Below, piece by piece: positions 25,565 through 39,471 of a DNA stretch of 64,000 nt. This DNA is from Takakia lepidozioides (lineage: Eukaryota > Plantae > Bryophyta), in contig CM060732.1 in NCBI GenBank assembly GCA_030704615.1, forward strand, positions 47,926,001-47,990,000. The letters run 5' to 3'. The translations under genes and the position numbers were made by a program. Each line of letters starts with the position of its first letter. Positions within the stretch are counted from its first letter, which is position 1. A model generated the notes under the pieces. The model saw only the letters and a list, made by a program, of their open reading frames with translations. It ran no database searches and had not been told where the DNA came from.

Positions 25565-28500
25565 ATGAAGAGAGTGAGGGGAATGGAGGATATCAGGGTG
25601 AAGAGCACGATGATACTGTAGAAGCAAATAATTGCAGCACCGCAGGCAGTACAGCTGCTAAGGGAGTTGCGATTGGAAGGGCTGCTACGCAAGGACCGGT
25701 CCTTGCATCATCGGCAGTTCATGATACAATTTCTTCAGAATTTTGAGCCTCGGACGGGAGTAACTCAGGTGAGGGGAGTAGATATAGAAATTACTCCCTA
25801 GTACCTGTAGCAATTGTTTGATTTGCCATCAGGACATGTGGATGTGGATGAGCACAGGGCAAGATTGCAGATAGGGAATTTGTTCCAAGAAGGGAGTTTC
25901 TTTAAAACTCAAGGCTATGCTTGTACCAAAGCTGAGTACCCAGGGCTTAGGGAAGTTGGCCAAATCTTGAATGTTCTGTTTGCCATGAAACAGAACCAAC
26001 AGTATTTGAGCAGGTCATTCACAGAGGAGATCCTGAAAGCTTTGAGGGGAGAGGATGTCGCTTGGGCGGAGTTAATGTACAATGGATTGGTGGACAAGAT
26101 GAAGAGGTTACAGGGCACTGCTACTAAGTCTCCGATCATTGTGTCTGGTCCAGTCATTGCCCAAATAATTCTTGATTCTTGCATACTTGATACTCGAGAA
26201 CGGAAGGAGATGGGAGTGTTTGAGGCAGAAACCACTGCAATCGAAGAGCAGGGCTCTTCACACAGTGAGGGTGGATTGGCAGGGCAACGCCAGTCTAAGA
26301 GACAAAGGCGGGGTATGACTGTAGTGGCGGATCCACTAGCTTCACGGAAACCGCACGATAATGTTTCCCAAGCTCTTGTGCAAGATGGGGCACAACAGCA
26401 CAGAGAGCTGCTATTATTGGAAGCACGGCCTTCAGAGAGGGAAGAGGAAGTCACTTCGATACCACAACCACCACAACCAATTGACTCAGTTGTTTTAGAG
26501 GTTCCATAGTTAGTATATGTTGTGACATCACCCCCAATTGCTCTGGAAGGAGAAAAGTTGGACATTCCCACTACAGAGCAGGTCGTGGCCGAAATTGAGA
26601 AGGGTGACCTTCTCTATGAAAACTCTGGCTTGATAAGGGAATCAGTGATTCCAGAGGTGCAGCGGTTATCCAGGGGAAACCCTGCTGTGCATGTAAAACC
26701 CACACCTGTGACGGAGGTACCAGGGGTAGAATATCAAGACACTGCAGCACCTGTGGTGGATGAGGTGGTTCAGGAAGAAAATCTGGTGTGGCAATGGCCT
26801 GAATGGTTGGTGAGGCATCACACTGTTGAGGATCAGGGAGAACAACAGCAAACTCCCCATGAAGACCCTCAGCAGGCCATGCTTATGAGTTCCATAAGCA
26901 GAACACTTAATTTGTTGGGCACTTATGTGAAATCCCATGTTCCATCTACCCAATTGGCAGCTTTGAGGGAGGAACTCAGAAAGGAGTTTGAGGCTCGACT
27001 TGCCACCGAGTGTGCAAACAAGGTCGATGAGGAGATCAATCTCAAGTTACAGCAAGAGTTAGAGGATACAAAAGCTGCTTTGCAGTTGGCAAAGGAACAT
27101 TTGATTGAAGCAGGCCTCGTGTAGGACCAGTTGCACGAAGCACATAAACAACAGTTATACCAAATACAGGTGAAGCATGAGGGCAAGTTGCAAGAAGTGA
27201 ATGCACTACATACAGAGTTGCAGGCAGTACATGAGAGGATGACCATACAATGTGCTACACTCACAACTACTCTTGAGCAAACTGCATTAGAAGTTAAAGA
27301 ATACAATCTGTCGCAATGAGAATACTTTCAAGCAATACAGACAGGTTGAAGCTGACCAAGGGAGGTACGTCCTGGAGTGATACAAACGGTCATGGTAAAT
27401 AGAAATGAACTCTCTGTGGCTAACAAGGCTTGGAAGGAAGCCAATAATCTGGCTGCTGCCTATGCGAGTTTGGTTGAACCTCATGCGAAGCGCATGGAGG
27501 CGTTACAGCAGCAGTTAGATGTGTACAGGCTCACAGAGGAGCAGACTCTCAGGGGTGCCACACACAACTTGGTGGATAATCACCTTATGCAGGTCTGGTT
27601 AGCATAAAGGTCGGTGGAAGGCAAAGCACTACGGAAGCTCACCCAGGGCGAGATGAATGAGCTCAGACTGCAGGTGCAGAACATTGTCACAACTACTATA
27701 GACAATGTCTATAGTAGGATAGCGGAGCTACAGGAGGATGTAGAAGGCTTGCAGACTCAGGTGGATGACCTGAGTTCAAATATTGACAAGAAAGTCTTTG
27801 TACCTGAGGAGCAGCTGATGGCTACTTATTTACAGGCCAGAACTCTAATTTTTTAGTCTTCTTCGCAAGGGGTGCAGGAGATGTCAGTGGTAGAAGGGCC
27901 AGTGCTACCAATACCACAACAAGTGACTGTGCAGGTAGCTGACCCTGTTGTTACTACAGCCACACCACAGCCTGAGGTATGGGGGGATGCTGATTTTAAC
28001 CCACCTTAGACTCCTGCTGCACGGGAGTACAGTCGGGCTATGATTATGCTCTTCAACCAAATTCCCATTGTGTTGGATTTGGCTTGGAAGGAATTTAGTC
28101 CTCCGCAGTCGTTGGCACATTACTACCAGATCATGCGCATTTGGCTGCCAGTGGCAACTAGGACTAAGGTTCTTCCGAACAATCGACCCATTGAGGATCA
28201 TTACTTTGCGAGGTACTGGTCTGAAGCAAGTACCATGTTGAAGGAATTAATTGTCTTCCAAGTTGTACATGGGTACATTTATACCAAGACCAAGGAGGTA
28301 GCAACTATTGTTATGGGCTGTGGATTATACTATGCTGCTTGTTTTCTGGCACGTTATCACATTGAGCAACAGAGGATGCAATCGCGATTTCTGAGTTATT
28401 CCAGTGGGGATCATTGGGTCTTACCTTCAGTGCCACATCATATGTACCTATATGAAGCAAAAGTTATGATGCAAAAGGATTCCCAACTTCGTTCATGGTT

Positions 28501-29041
28501 TCATTCGGCCTGGAACAATTTGACAACACAGAAATTCGGCCCTGACGATATTTTCTTTAAGAGACATGAGGCATGGAAATACTTGCAGTGTTCCCAAGTC
28601 ATTGGCACACCACTCACCTATACGGACAAGGAGTTCAGGGTGTTCACTAATTTTGTCATTAAGCGCTTACAGCAAGTTGTACAGTTTAAACTTCCAGACA
28701 TGGTGGGACCACATTGTATGCCCCACAGGATTCCAGTTAGAGTTCGACCGTTAAAACACCTCAGGGGGGACGAGGATTCCGATACTACTGTTTCTTTAGC
28801 GGACTCTTTTGACATGGCAGAAGACTATGCACTTCAGATGGCAGAAAAGAAACGACGGGGATCTCCTATGCCTGAGAGGTTACCTCGATATCAGCCAAAG
28901 GAGGGTCAGACATTTCCAGGTAGTGCTCAATCATCTCCGTCAACCAGTGACAAAACTCGGGCTCGCACACGGAGTCCTTCACGAGACTCTCACCGTCAGA
29001 AGGATGTTCGATCACAAAGGTTTGCTAATCCTAAACAGTAA
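25565..29041 (+). pseudogene. 3' accessory ORF of the Gypsy element (~1158 codons), broken only by nonsense substitutions
   Basis: ORF-track pieces at 25814, 26522, 27131, 27377, 27614 and 28040 share the frame of the ATG at 25565. N-terminal FLQNF..TQVRGVDIEITP..L..LFDLP resembles plant retroelement accessory domains; the middle looks coiled-coil. Confidence 0.75.
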
Positions 29042-29062
29042 ACCGTGAGGACACAACTTTTT

Positions 29063-29080
29063 GAGAGGGGGAGGGGTAAA
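29063..29080 (+). promoter_or_regulatory. Polypurine tract
   Basis: gagagggggaggggtaaa directly before the 3' LTR. Confidence 0.85.
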
Positions 29081-30011
29081 TGTTAGAGGGTTGCTTGGGA
29101 CTTTAACGCTTTTACGGGTTCTGTGGGGTACTCTTAATTTTTACAGACTGAGACCAACAGGAGCCTTAGGGGTGACAGCAACAGGCTTTAGGGGGGGTTA
29201 CACAGCCCAACACAGCCCGCCACAGCTTCGCACAGCCCGTCACAGCCAGTCACAACTGCCACAGCCCGACACAGCCCGTCACAGCCAACACAGCCCGACA
29301 CAGCCAGTCACAGTCGCCACAGCCGACACAGCCCGATACAGCCCGACACAGCTCGGTACAGCTTGACACAGCCTGTCACAATACATGGGGAACAGTTATC
29401 ATTGGCAGGGAACGACTGTGAGGGAACGACATCTGCAGAAGGAACGTGTTACTTCAGGGATGACGGTTAATTAGTTAGGTGGTTAGAACAGCTTGCGGGC
29501 AGATAAGGGGAGCGGCAACGGAAAGAGGGGACACTTCACGAAGAGCGCTTGTGGGTGAGGGGAAGAGGAGATCAGGCGGAGATCAAGAAGAAGAGCAGAG
29601 AGAAGGAGAAAAGATGAACAGTAGATGCTTATTTCATGCAGAGCTGTAGTGATACTGTAGGGCGGATTAGAGTCACCTTGTCATTGGCCTAGTACCTGAT
29701 AAATCGTAATCTGATACTTATTCGATACAAGCAAACTGTGTAGAGAGACATGAGTGAAGCTGTGAAATGAATGCATGATTAACTGGAACTAAGAAGATAC
29801 TGAAGCAATCTGATGCTTCAGTATCAGATAAGGTAAATTGATAACATGAAGACAAGAAGGAATACAAATGGGAAGCACAACCATGATTCACTAGCTGCAG
29901 GTCATGACTGATTGTACTGAGCGGGCTCAGTGCTTAGAGATATCCAACTCTTCTATCTTGGAGTTTCCACCTCCGATAGCGAAGGGATGGGTGAGTAAAA
30001 GCCGCTCGACA
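29081..30011 (+). repeat. 3' LTR
   Basis: tgttagagggttgc...gctcgaca. Confidence 0.9.
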
Positions 30012-30454
30012 GGCGGGCGCAGGCGTGCGACGGCCGGGCGTCGCACGTAGGCGCCGCGCCCTTTTTTTTTTCCCCTAAGTGCTTGAAGCATCTCTTTCCC
30101 CTCCTTTTTTGTTTGTTCTTTGGGAGAGAGGTAGTTCAGAGAGTGGGGTTTAGGGTGGAGGAGAAACGCACCTGCTGCTGAGCCCGAGGTGGTCGCAAGG
30201 CCCCAAGGAGTTCTCACTTTCTGTCTTTTTTTCTTGCCCTAAGCACGGGCTGATGTCTCTCTCCCCTGTGTGGTAGGAACGCCGCGCAGAGGCGCAACCT
30301 AACGAGCTGAAGAGAGAGAGAGCCATGGTGAGCAGGGGAGAGACGCCCTGCAGCGGCGGGGACCCGCGCTGCTGGCAGCCGCGACAACACCGCAGCAGCT
30401 TGCCGCGCCAGCTCGCTTCAAGCAGTAGCAGCAGCAGAGGTACGTCAGGGAAAT

Positions 30455-33400
30455 TTCACTCTCCCTTTCCTCTCTACTTCTGTTTACTGTTCAAAGGTAG
30501 TCTTCCTGCCCTGACTTTAAATTTAGGTCTGGTGCTAAGAGTGGGATAGACCCTTGAGCGCATCCATGATGTCCTCCCCCATGTCATAGACTGGAAACAG
30601 GTTCAGGGAAGTTTTCTTCCTAACTTCATTTTCATCGGACAATTTTCTGGTAACAGACATGGCTTTGGACACTACACTCTCTAAGTCAGGTTTATCCAGC
30701 AAGGTCAAGACTTGCGGGTCCAGATTCAGATCCTTGAGAATCTCTTTTACTCTCTTCTCCCAGGGCTCACCCTGTTTGACAAGGCGGTCCTGTTTCCAAG
30801 ATATAGAGTCGATTAACTTAGGATATCTGGTGTTGGACATATGTTGCAGCTGAACCCACCAGCTAACCTTGAATTTAGGATGTCGGGAGCTTAAAAGAGA
30901 GCAGCACAGAAGAGAGGGAGAGAGAGGGACAAAGAGAGGGAGTGAGAGGGAGACATCAGGGGGCAACAAAGAAAAGAAAAGAAGGTGGGGGGGGGGGGGA
31001 GTGACTGAGCAGCTGCTGCTGCTCAGTCACTCCCCCCCCCACATTCTATGTTTTTCTTTGTTGCCCCCTCTCTTGGGGAAACAAAAGGGACATATCCTAC
31101 CTCTGTCAGGGGCTGACGTTGGTAGTAAGACTTACCTTCACATATAGAATTAATCCGGGTTTTCCAGATATCCTCTACAAATCCCTTCACACAAGCATCA
31201 ATATGCTGTGTGTGAGTTGCCCAAAAACTAGGCCTCAGAAGGGGCTGGGCTTTTGGCTCAGCCTCGACTTTTTCAAAGTTAGTAAACAGAGGTACATGCA
31301 CAATTTCTTTGATAGATTTGAAGAGAGCGTCTCTTTGGTGAGAGAACCCCGGACACTGTATCAGAAAATGAATAATGTCTTCAGGTTGCCCACAGACATG
31401 GTTGGACACTACAAAGTCTAAGTCAGATTTATCTAGCAGGGTGAAGACTTGCGGTTCCAGGTCCAGGTCCTTGGGAATCTCTTCTACTGTCTTCTACCAG
31501 GACTTAGCCTGTTTGACAGGTCGGTGGGCGGTCTAGTTTCCAAGATATAGAGTCGATTAATTTAAGATATCTGGTGTTGGACATATGTTGCAGCTGAACC
31601 CACCATCTGACCTTGAATTTATCTCGTCGGGAGCTTAAAAGAGAGCAGCACAGAAGGAGCTGCTGCTGCTCAGGCACTCCCTCCCCCCCACATTCTCTGT
31701 TTTTCTTTGTTGCCCCCTCTCTTGGGGAAACAAAAGGGACAGATCCTACCTCTGTCAGGGGCTGACGTTGGTAGTAAGACTTACCTTCACATATAGAATA
31801 AATCCGGGTTTTCTAGATATCCTCTACAAATCCCTTCACACAAGCATCAATCTGTTGTGTGTGAGATGCCCAAAAACTAAGCCTCAGAAGGGGTTGGGCT
31901 TTTGGCTCAGCCTCGAGACTTTCAAAGTTAGTAAACAGAAGTACATGCACAATTCCCTTGATAGATTTGAAGAGAGCGTCTCTTTGGTGAGAGAACCCCG
32001 GACAGTGTATCAGAAAATGAGTACTGTCTTCAGATTGCCCACACAACGGGCAATTGCACTCTCCCTTTCCTCTCTGCTTCTGTTGCTGTTCAAAGGTAGG
32101 CTTCCTGCCCTGAGTTTAAATTTCAGTCTAATGCCGAGAGTGGGTAGACCCTTGAGGTCATCCAAGATGTCCTCCCCCATATCACTGACTAGAAACAAGT
32201 TCAGGGAAGTTTTTTGCCTAACTTCATTTTCATCAGACAATCTCATGGCAACAGACATGGTTGGACACTACAGCCTCTCAGTCAGATTTATCCAGCAGGG
32301 TGAAGACTTGCGGTTCCAGGTCCAGGTCCTTGAGAATCTCTTCTACTGTCTTCTGCCAGGACTTAGCCTGTTTGACAAGTCGGTGGGCAGTCTTGTTTCC
32401 AAGATATAGAGTCGATTAACTTAGGATATCTGGTGTTGGACATATGCTGCAGTTGACCCCACCATCTGACCTCCCCCCCCCCCTCCCAACCCATTTTTTT
32501 TCATTGTTGCCCCCTCTCTCCCTCTGTCTCCCTCTCTCTCTCTCCTTCTCTCTCCCACTCTGTCCCTCTCTCTTATTAACTTTTTCTACCCCCTCTTTCC
32601 CTCTGTGGTTTTTTTTTTTTTGTGAGCAGCACGAAAGAGAGGAGAGAGAGAGAGAGAGAGGGAGAGAGAGGGACAGAGAGAGGGAGTGAGAGGGAGAGAT
32701 CAGGAAACAAAAAGATAAAGAGGAAGGTGGGGGGGGGGGAGTGACTGAGTAGCAACTGCTTAGTCACTCCCCCCCCCCCCCCCCCCCCCCCCCCCCACCT
32801 TTTAGTTTTTCTTTGTTGCCCCCTCTCTCCCTCTGTCTCCCTCTCTCTGTCCCTGTCTCTCCCTGTCTCCTTCTCCCTCCCTCTCCCTCTCCCTCTCTCT
32901 TTTTAACTTTTTCTGCAGAGGGGTCAACTCTGAGGTTAAGAAAACCATGCTTTGTCGCATTATTAGACCTGCCTTGGAGTACGGATCTGCAATATGGGTT
33001 GAGAAATCTGACTTAGAGGCTGTAGTGTCCAAAGCCATGTCTGTTACCAGAAAATTGTCTGATGAAAATGAAGTTAGAAAAAAAACTTCCCTGAACTTGT
33101 TTCCAGTCAGTGACATGGGGGAGGACATCTTGGATGACCTCAAGGGTCTACCCACTCTCGGCACTAGACTGAAATTTAAACTCAGGGCAGGAAGCCTACC
33201 TTTGAACAACAAACAAAAACAGAGAGGAAAGGGAGAGTGCAATTGCCCGTTGTGTGGGCAATCTGAAGACAGTACACATTTTCTGATACACTGTCTGGGG
33301 TTCTCTCACCAAAGAGACGCTCTCTTCAAATCTATCAAGGGAATTGTGCCTGCACCTCTATTTACCAACTTTGAAAGTCTCAAGGCTGAGCCAAAAGCCC

Positions 33401-33548
33401 AGGCCCTCTTGAGGCCTAGTTATTGGGCAAATCACACACAACAGTTTGATGCTTGTGTGAAGGGATTTCTAGAGGATATCTGGAAAACCCAGATTAATTC
33501 TATATATGAAGGTAAGTCTTACTACCAACGTCAGCCCTTGACAGAGGC
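30455..33548. mobile_element. Cluster of internally deleted LINE 3'-end fragments in both orientations, separated by GA/CT and poly-G/C tracts
   Basis: Plus copy at 32917-33548 reads KKTMLCRIIRPALEYGSAIW (post-RT motif) then CPLCGQSEDSTHFLIHC (C-terminal CCHC). Minus copies at ~30455-30890, ~31095-31630 and ~31745-32470. Confidence 0.75.
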
Positions 33549-33589
33549 AGGTTCTCCATTGACTGGGGTCAAAAAAGTAATCATTCCAC

Positions 33590-34005
33590 AGTTTCTCGTC
33601 ATTTGCCCCTAAGTCTCCAAAGCCTCCACCCCGCGCCCTTGCTATGCATATCCTGCAATCATCACTCCACAATACCACATGTCGTTCAGCCATACTGTCG
33701 AACACTCCCTTTGCATCCTCAATGCACCCACATTTGGCATACATGTCCACCAGGGAGTGTTCAGAATGACAGGTGCAATTCCAGATTTGATGATGTCACC
33801 ATGCATCTCTTTGCCCTTTTCCAGGGCTGCCAGGCTTGCACAAGCATTGCAAACACACAAACGTGATCTGGTTACACTTCACCCCTTCCCCCATCATTTG
33901 CTCATAGGTCTTGCCTCCATCTCGCGCCCATGTTGTGCATATCCTGCAAGCATGGCATTACATGACACCATATCTTGTTCAGCCATACTATCGAACACTC
34001 CGGTG
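33590..34005 (-). pseudogene. PLS-class PPR gene fragment
   Basis: DMYAKCGCIEDAKGVFDSMAERHVV and CNACASLAALEKGKEMHG, with frameshifts. Confidence 0.85.
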
Positions 34006-36559
34006 AATGCCTGTTACATTTCAGAGAGTAGCAGACACAATATCATCATAGGAACTAGTGTGATAAGCTGAGTTGGGTGTTTCCTAGAACAAATATAGGC
34101 TGCTGCTAGCAGCAAGGCAGGGATGAATGCATCATTTGTGCATAGGCATGGATACCTGAAGGAGCAGAGATAGAGTGTGGGTCCATATTCATCCAAGGGG
34201 GTCAGATTTCAAGCACAAGATTACCTATGATTCCCTGTGGATCAATAGCTACAAGAAACCTGCATGGGTAGAATCTGATGGTCTATTCCGTGGGACTCAA
34301 TCTGTCACTGAAGTCTTGCATTATGAGGATCAGAAATGCTTGGCAGCTTACCTGCACGAGGCCTTGACCTTTAGGCAATCCCCTGAGCAGTAGTTGCGTT
34401 TGGGCTGCTATTGTATGTAGCTGGTTGCTAGTCCAGCACTTCTAAGGAGTTTTGATATATACTTCTATGTATTTGGGAGTTGGGATGACAGTTCAAGGTG
34501 AGAGATCATGTTCGGCTACTTGATGTCAACAGCAAACGCACTAAGGTTGGATGTGACCTTTTTGTTGGTCTGCAAGGGAGCATGGTGGGTGACGGGTACC
34601 CTGTGGTGCCACTCGATTATGCTGCTCTATCCATCAAAGAGGCGAGCATAAGTAATTCTCCTCTGAGAGAGTTGGGGCAGGTGGTAGGAAACACCACAAT
34701 TTGGAGCCTGAAGCTCCTGAAACATGATGCAATGTAGTTGAAAATATGCCACCGTGGTGATATATAAATAGAGCTCTTCAATTGTAGGAGTACTAGTGGA
34801 CTGCTGCCCCTATGTGGGCTTGGGTTTTTGGGACTTGTAGCTTTTGAGGCTTGGTTATTTATCCATGTGGCCTTTCAGGCTTCTTGATTGTAGAGCCTTT
34901 GTGGCATCATTTTTCCCATTGGATTTTTGCAGTATGAGTGACATTCCAGAGACAATCTATGTATTTGTGTGAAATTCTTTCATTCAATTAAATATATTGC
35001 TTTATATATTTAAACACATTTGAATATCAAAACGATAAATAAAATTTACATGAAATAAATAAATAAAATAGCATTAATGGTTTTATAAACTAATTAAATA
35101 AAGACATGTGTTAGATGACCTACTAGAACCAGAACAAAGCTATAGTGATGGAGTCATATTTGTAGTCATGAAATATGCCACATGCTACCCTCTGTGATGT
35201 AGTGAGTAGTGATATAGTCATAAGTGTAGTCATATACATCCGTGGGGTCACACGTGTCATGGAGAGACCTCTCCATGTTGGCACTCATCTGTAGTGACGT
35301 AGTCGTAAGTGTAGTCATGACACGTAGCCTTGTAGTCGTATAATTATGACTACAGCACTACACCCTACGTCACTATGAGTCGTTGGGCAGGTGCCACGTC
35401 TAGTGCAGTGATGCCCATCACTTCGCACTTATCACTCCGCAGTGATGGTAGAACTGACTTCATGTTTGTCACTGCATAGTGATGTAGTCATAATCGCACT
35501 TATCACTGCAAATGTAGTGATATTTGCAGTCATAAAAACGATAATATGTACTAGTGTGAGGTAACTCGGGAGGGTATTCCAGTTTCAGTACCTTGGTTTT
35601 GGCATCTAGATCATGGTTGTAGCTTGCCTGGAGGAGGTGTGTCCGGGCTGTTGCGTGGGATAGTTTCAAATCGCGATTTCTGATGTTGTATCGCATATTC
35701 TTTTCGTGAGAAGAATAAGTAACTTTTGTACGTCGTTGCTCGTTGTGTCTTTTGACTTTTCTAAACTCCAGTTATTAGTACGGAATAAAGAATGACGGTT
35801 TGGCTCTGATGAATGTAGATGATGGGTTGTGTAGATTTTTATTCTGTGACAGCCGACATCGGGGATACTCTCCTGTTTTAGTGCAGGTTGCTATTTCGGA
35901 TCTGATTTCTCCCCTTCTCCCCTTCCTTTAATATCAATTTCACTGCTTGTTCTCTCCTTCCTGATCTACCTGGACTATTGGCTTGGAGTGGACCTCGATT
36001 CTTAGCCTTCAAGACATTGTAAGGTTATTTTTTCCTACCTTTCAATAAAATTTCGAGGGCCACTGTCCCTTATTCTGTGAAAGGAAAAATAAAAATAAAA
36101 AAATAAAATAAAACTAGGTAATATGAGTATTGGGCAGATTACGAGGTTCATCAAATCCGCCGGTTCCGGTTATAGTCAAATTTTTGGAGTTCGTGTGCAT
36201 TTCAGTTCTACACAATGAATTTTTAAAAACATTGGCAGCATCTTTTGTAGTTATGCACATTATCTTTTTCCCATTTTTATCGGGTATGTGCCTCAACTAG
36301 AACCAATGTAATTAGTATAGAGGAGAAATGACTATAAAGATAGAGTTAGCTACAAATAACAGGTAGTGAGCTCAAAAACGTGCTCCGCGTCCATTCAACA
36401 CCTTGTTATTTATATCACGCAACCTCATAAAGGGGCGATCGTCTCACAGAGAAGTGGCGCCAGCTAGATGTACCCAACAGTACAAATGCACGATTATCTA
36501 TAAAGCCGTGGCTAGAGAAATTTAATATTGCTGATTAACATGGACCATAGCCATAAGCC

Positions 36560-37450
36560 AGTCTTGTGTTGAGGATAAAAGAGATGTATCACTAGAAATG
36601 AATGACGAGAGATATTGCCTACAAGTATATAGCTTGTGTGTGTTTGCAAAGCCTACAAAGCCGCTTCATAGAGCCCCGATTACAACTACTACGCAACGTT
36701 TTCCTATGAAATCTGCTTTTGCATGGGTGGGGATGGACGTAATTGGACCCTTACAATCCACATCTAAATGAGAATTATTACATAGCTATAGCAACAGCTC
36801 ACTATCTGACCAAGTGGGTTGAGGTTCAAACATTACTGGCGAATGGAAGTGTGAGGTGGCTCAATTTTGGTTATGCGACATGGTTGTCCACTATAGATCC
36901 TCATAGATCATGGACGTGAATTTTGCAATCAACTCTTGATGGTCTTGTGCTTCAAACTTGGAATCAAGCAATCTACAATAAAACCATACAAATCCTCAGT
37001 GCAATGGTCTTGCAAAGCGCTACAAGAAAACCTTATGTCTCATGTTGGAGTGCACCGGTTGTTTGCTCGGAGATTGAGATACACTTCATCCCCCATTGTT
37101 TAGTCATATATGATTGTCGTACAATCTATTACCAAACATATCCCATTTGAGTTGTTTTATAGGTTTAGATATATTTACTCATTTGCATAGCATCCGTCTA
37201 ATTGGTCTTGCTTTATAGATGAGTTGCTCATGACACATTCTACAATCTAGGAGAAAGTCAAAGCCAACATTGGAATGGTGTAAGCTACGCAAATTTGCTA
37301 GTATTATTGGGTCATGTACTCATAAAAATTCCTCGTAGGCCAAACTGTGTGTGTGAGGTTACAACACGACGAGATTCAGTCTAAGAAGAAGGATATGATA
37401 CAATGGTCTTACTTGATTGATGACAAGCTTGAAGACAATTTCTTTCTTTT
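36560..37450 (+). pseudogene. Highly degenerate Gypsy integrase remnant
   Basis: FAWVGMDVIGPL (~36718), YLTKWVEV, PQCNGLAKR; many frameshifts. Confidence 0.6.
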
Positions 37451-39471
37451 GTTGCAAGAAACAGGACTATTATTGATCATGATGCTCCTACGACATAGTT
37501 GTTACATTCCGGATTGCACTTCAATTCCACCTGTGTTGATGTGGAAAGAAAGACTTGGCACTTGACACCTAGACTCCATAATGTTGCACGCAAGAAACAT
37601 AGCAAGGAAAATGCACGATTTGCCATCCGAGTTTAGATCCTTGAGTACACCTGATAAATTATAGCTCATGGTACCACCCATTTAAAAAAAAGGCACCATT
37701 GCATCTAAACCTATATGGTTTAAGACAGCTAATTGGAGTATATATGTGCACCAATTGCCAAATTACAAGATAGACCAAATGTCTTGGAATATGGACTTTT
37801 GAATTTGGATTCTATAGACTCCAGAGTTGACGACAAAAAATGAAGTGGATTAAAGAATTGTCATCTACACTTGTGCAATGGCTCTCAGATTCAAAGTGGT
37901 GAGTGGTTGAAACCATTGCAATATCATATCATATGGACAAATTGATTTGTCATATGGAAGCTATGGACTAATTTGTATGCAAAAAACATGTTTAAAAAAA
38001 AGTCCATAGCGTTTTTGCATTTGGTTTTTTGGGTGCTAGCTTTTACCAAAATGGTGTAGGTTTCTTATAATCTAAAATGGCTAGTTCATGCACAGCCAAA
38101 CGCATCACAAAATCATGCATTGATTGTGGAGTTATAGAATAAAATAATAAAATAAAATCAATTCAAATTTAACCAATAAAATTCGTCGTAGGAAATGTGA
38201 TATGCACTTCATGGAATTACCATATGCCATTTTTGGTCCACCCAATCCTACAACTACCCTGATGAGGGAGAGAAAGTGGTCTCACACCACTACAAGATTG
38301 AAAGGGACGCTTCACATGTCGCAAATGGTGTAGACGAGCTGAATATTTATTTGACTTGTATGAATGTTGAGGGACGTTATCATTGTTATGGAGCTTACTC
38401 CCATAAGGTAAGAAAATCTGATGCTCAGAAAGTGCCGCGAAGTGAATTGTGATATGCATTTATGTAGTGTAGGTTTATAATTGACCACATCGTTTATTTA
38501 AGATTTTTCTATAAAGAACTCTCAACTGCCATAAGGCTCTCACATAGGAGAGAGAGAATGTACCAGTATTGTTTCCGCATTTGAATTTGCTCATACCAGT
38601 CGAGGTACTGATATCACACTTGAACAATTTTGTGATACCAACTGGTATGCATACGTAAATGGTATGAAGAATGCAGTAATATTTGTTCATGACCTGATAT
38701 GAACTCGATTCATGCGAGAAGTTTAATACTAGCTGGTTCAGAGTCCGGATTTGATATTAGCTTTAACTCAAAATATTAACTCAAAATGACTTGTAAAAAC
38801 CACATTAATGAGTACAATGAGACCACACATAAAATCAATTTGCGAAGCTGAATGCTAGCAATTGAACAATGTCCTCATAATCAAATAGAAAAAACATGTA
38901 AGGGTGACACGTGCATGAAGATCTTGTTTCCCATTGTAACGCAAGATCATTATGTTCTAAGTTATGAGAGTGAATGTCCATTCATAAGGGCCTTGAATAG
39001 ACCTAAGAATGACGAGTATGAAGCTTATAATACAAGGGTTGTTGCATTGGAGTTTTTATGGGCATTGTCAGAGCATGTGAAACATTTATTATACTGCTTC
39101 CAAGTTTCTCGTATTTTCACTTATGATTGACGAGTTCACAGAGCAGACTATGGAACAACACTTGATTGTCTATTCTTCTCATCTAAGTTTCGAAGGGAAA
39201 TGTCCTCAAACTCATGCCTTCGAGGAATTGTTGGCAATGAAAGATGCGATAGGAAAAAACATGTATCTTACGACATCATCACTACTGAAAACGTTGGTTT
39301 GGAATCCATCGAACTAATGGCTCAGACTTGCTAGGAATCAACGGAGAGTCCATTGTGCTCAAAAATGCTATTACGTCCAGGGTAGGCCTGGACTAAGTGA
39401 CAAGATAGGAAATAAATGTACCTACAATTGCCATATGTTTGTGGCATACCTACATATTTAAAGGTAACTGC

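Larger units (their letters stand above)
17086..30011 (+). mobile_element. Ty3/Gypsy LTR retrotransposon (non-chromovirus, Athila/Tat-like organisation), defective
   Basis: LTRs 17086-17958 and 29081-30011 (TG...CA), PBS and PPT present, domain order gag-PR-RT-RH-IN, extra ORFs on both sides. Confidence 0.92.

Noticed and set aside
33050-33090. Hammerhead ribozyme (CTGATGA core)
   Set aside because: No flanking stems or properly placed GAAA; it lies inside LINE coding sequence.
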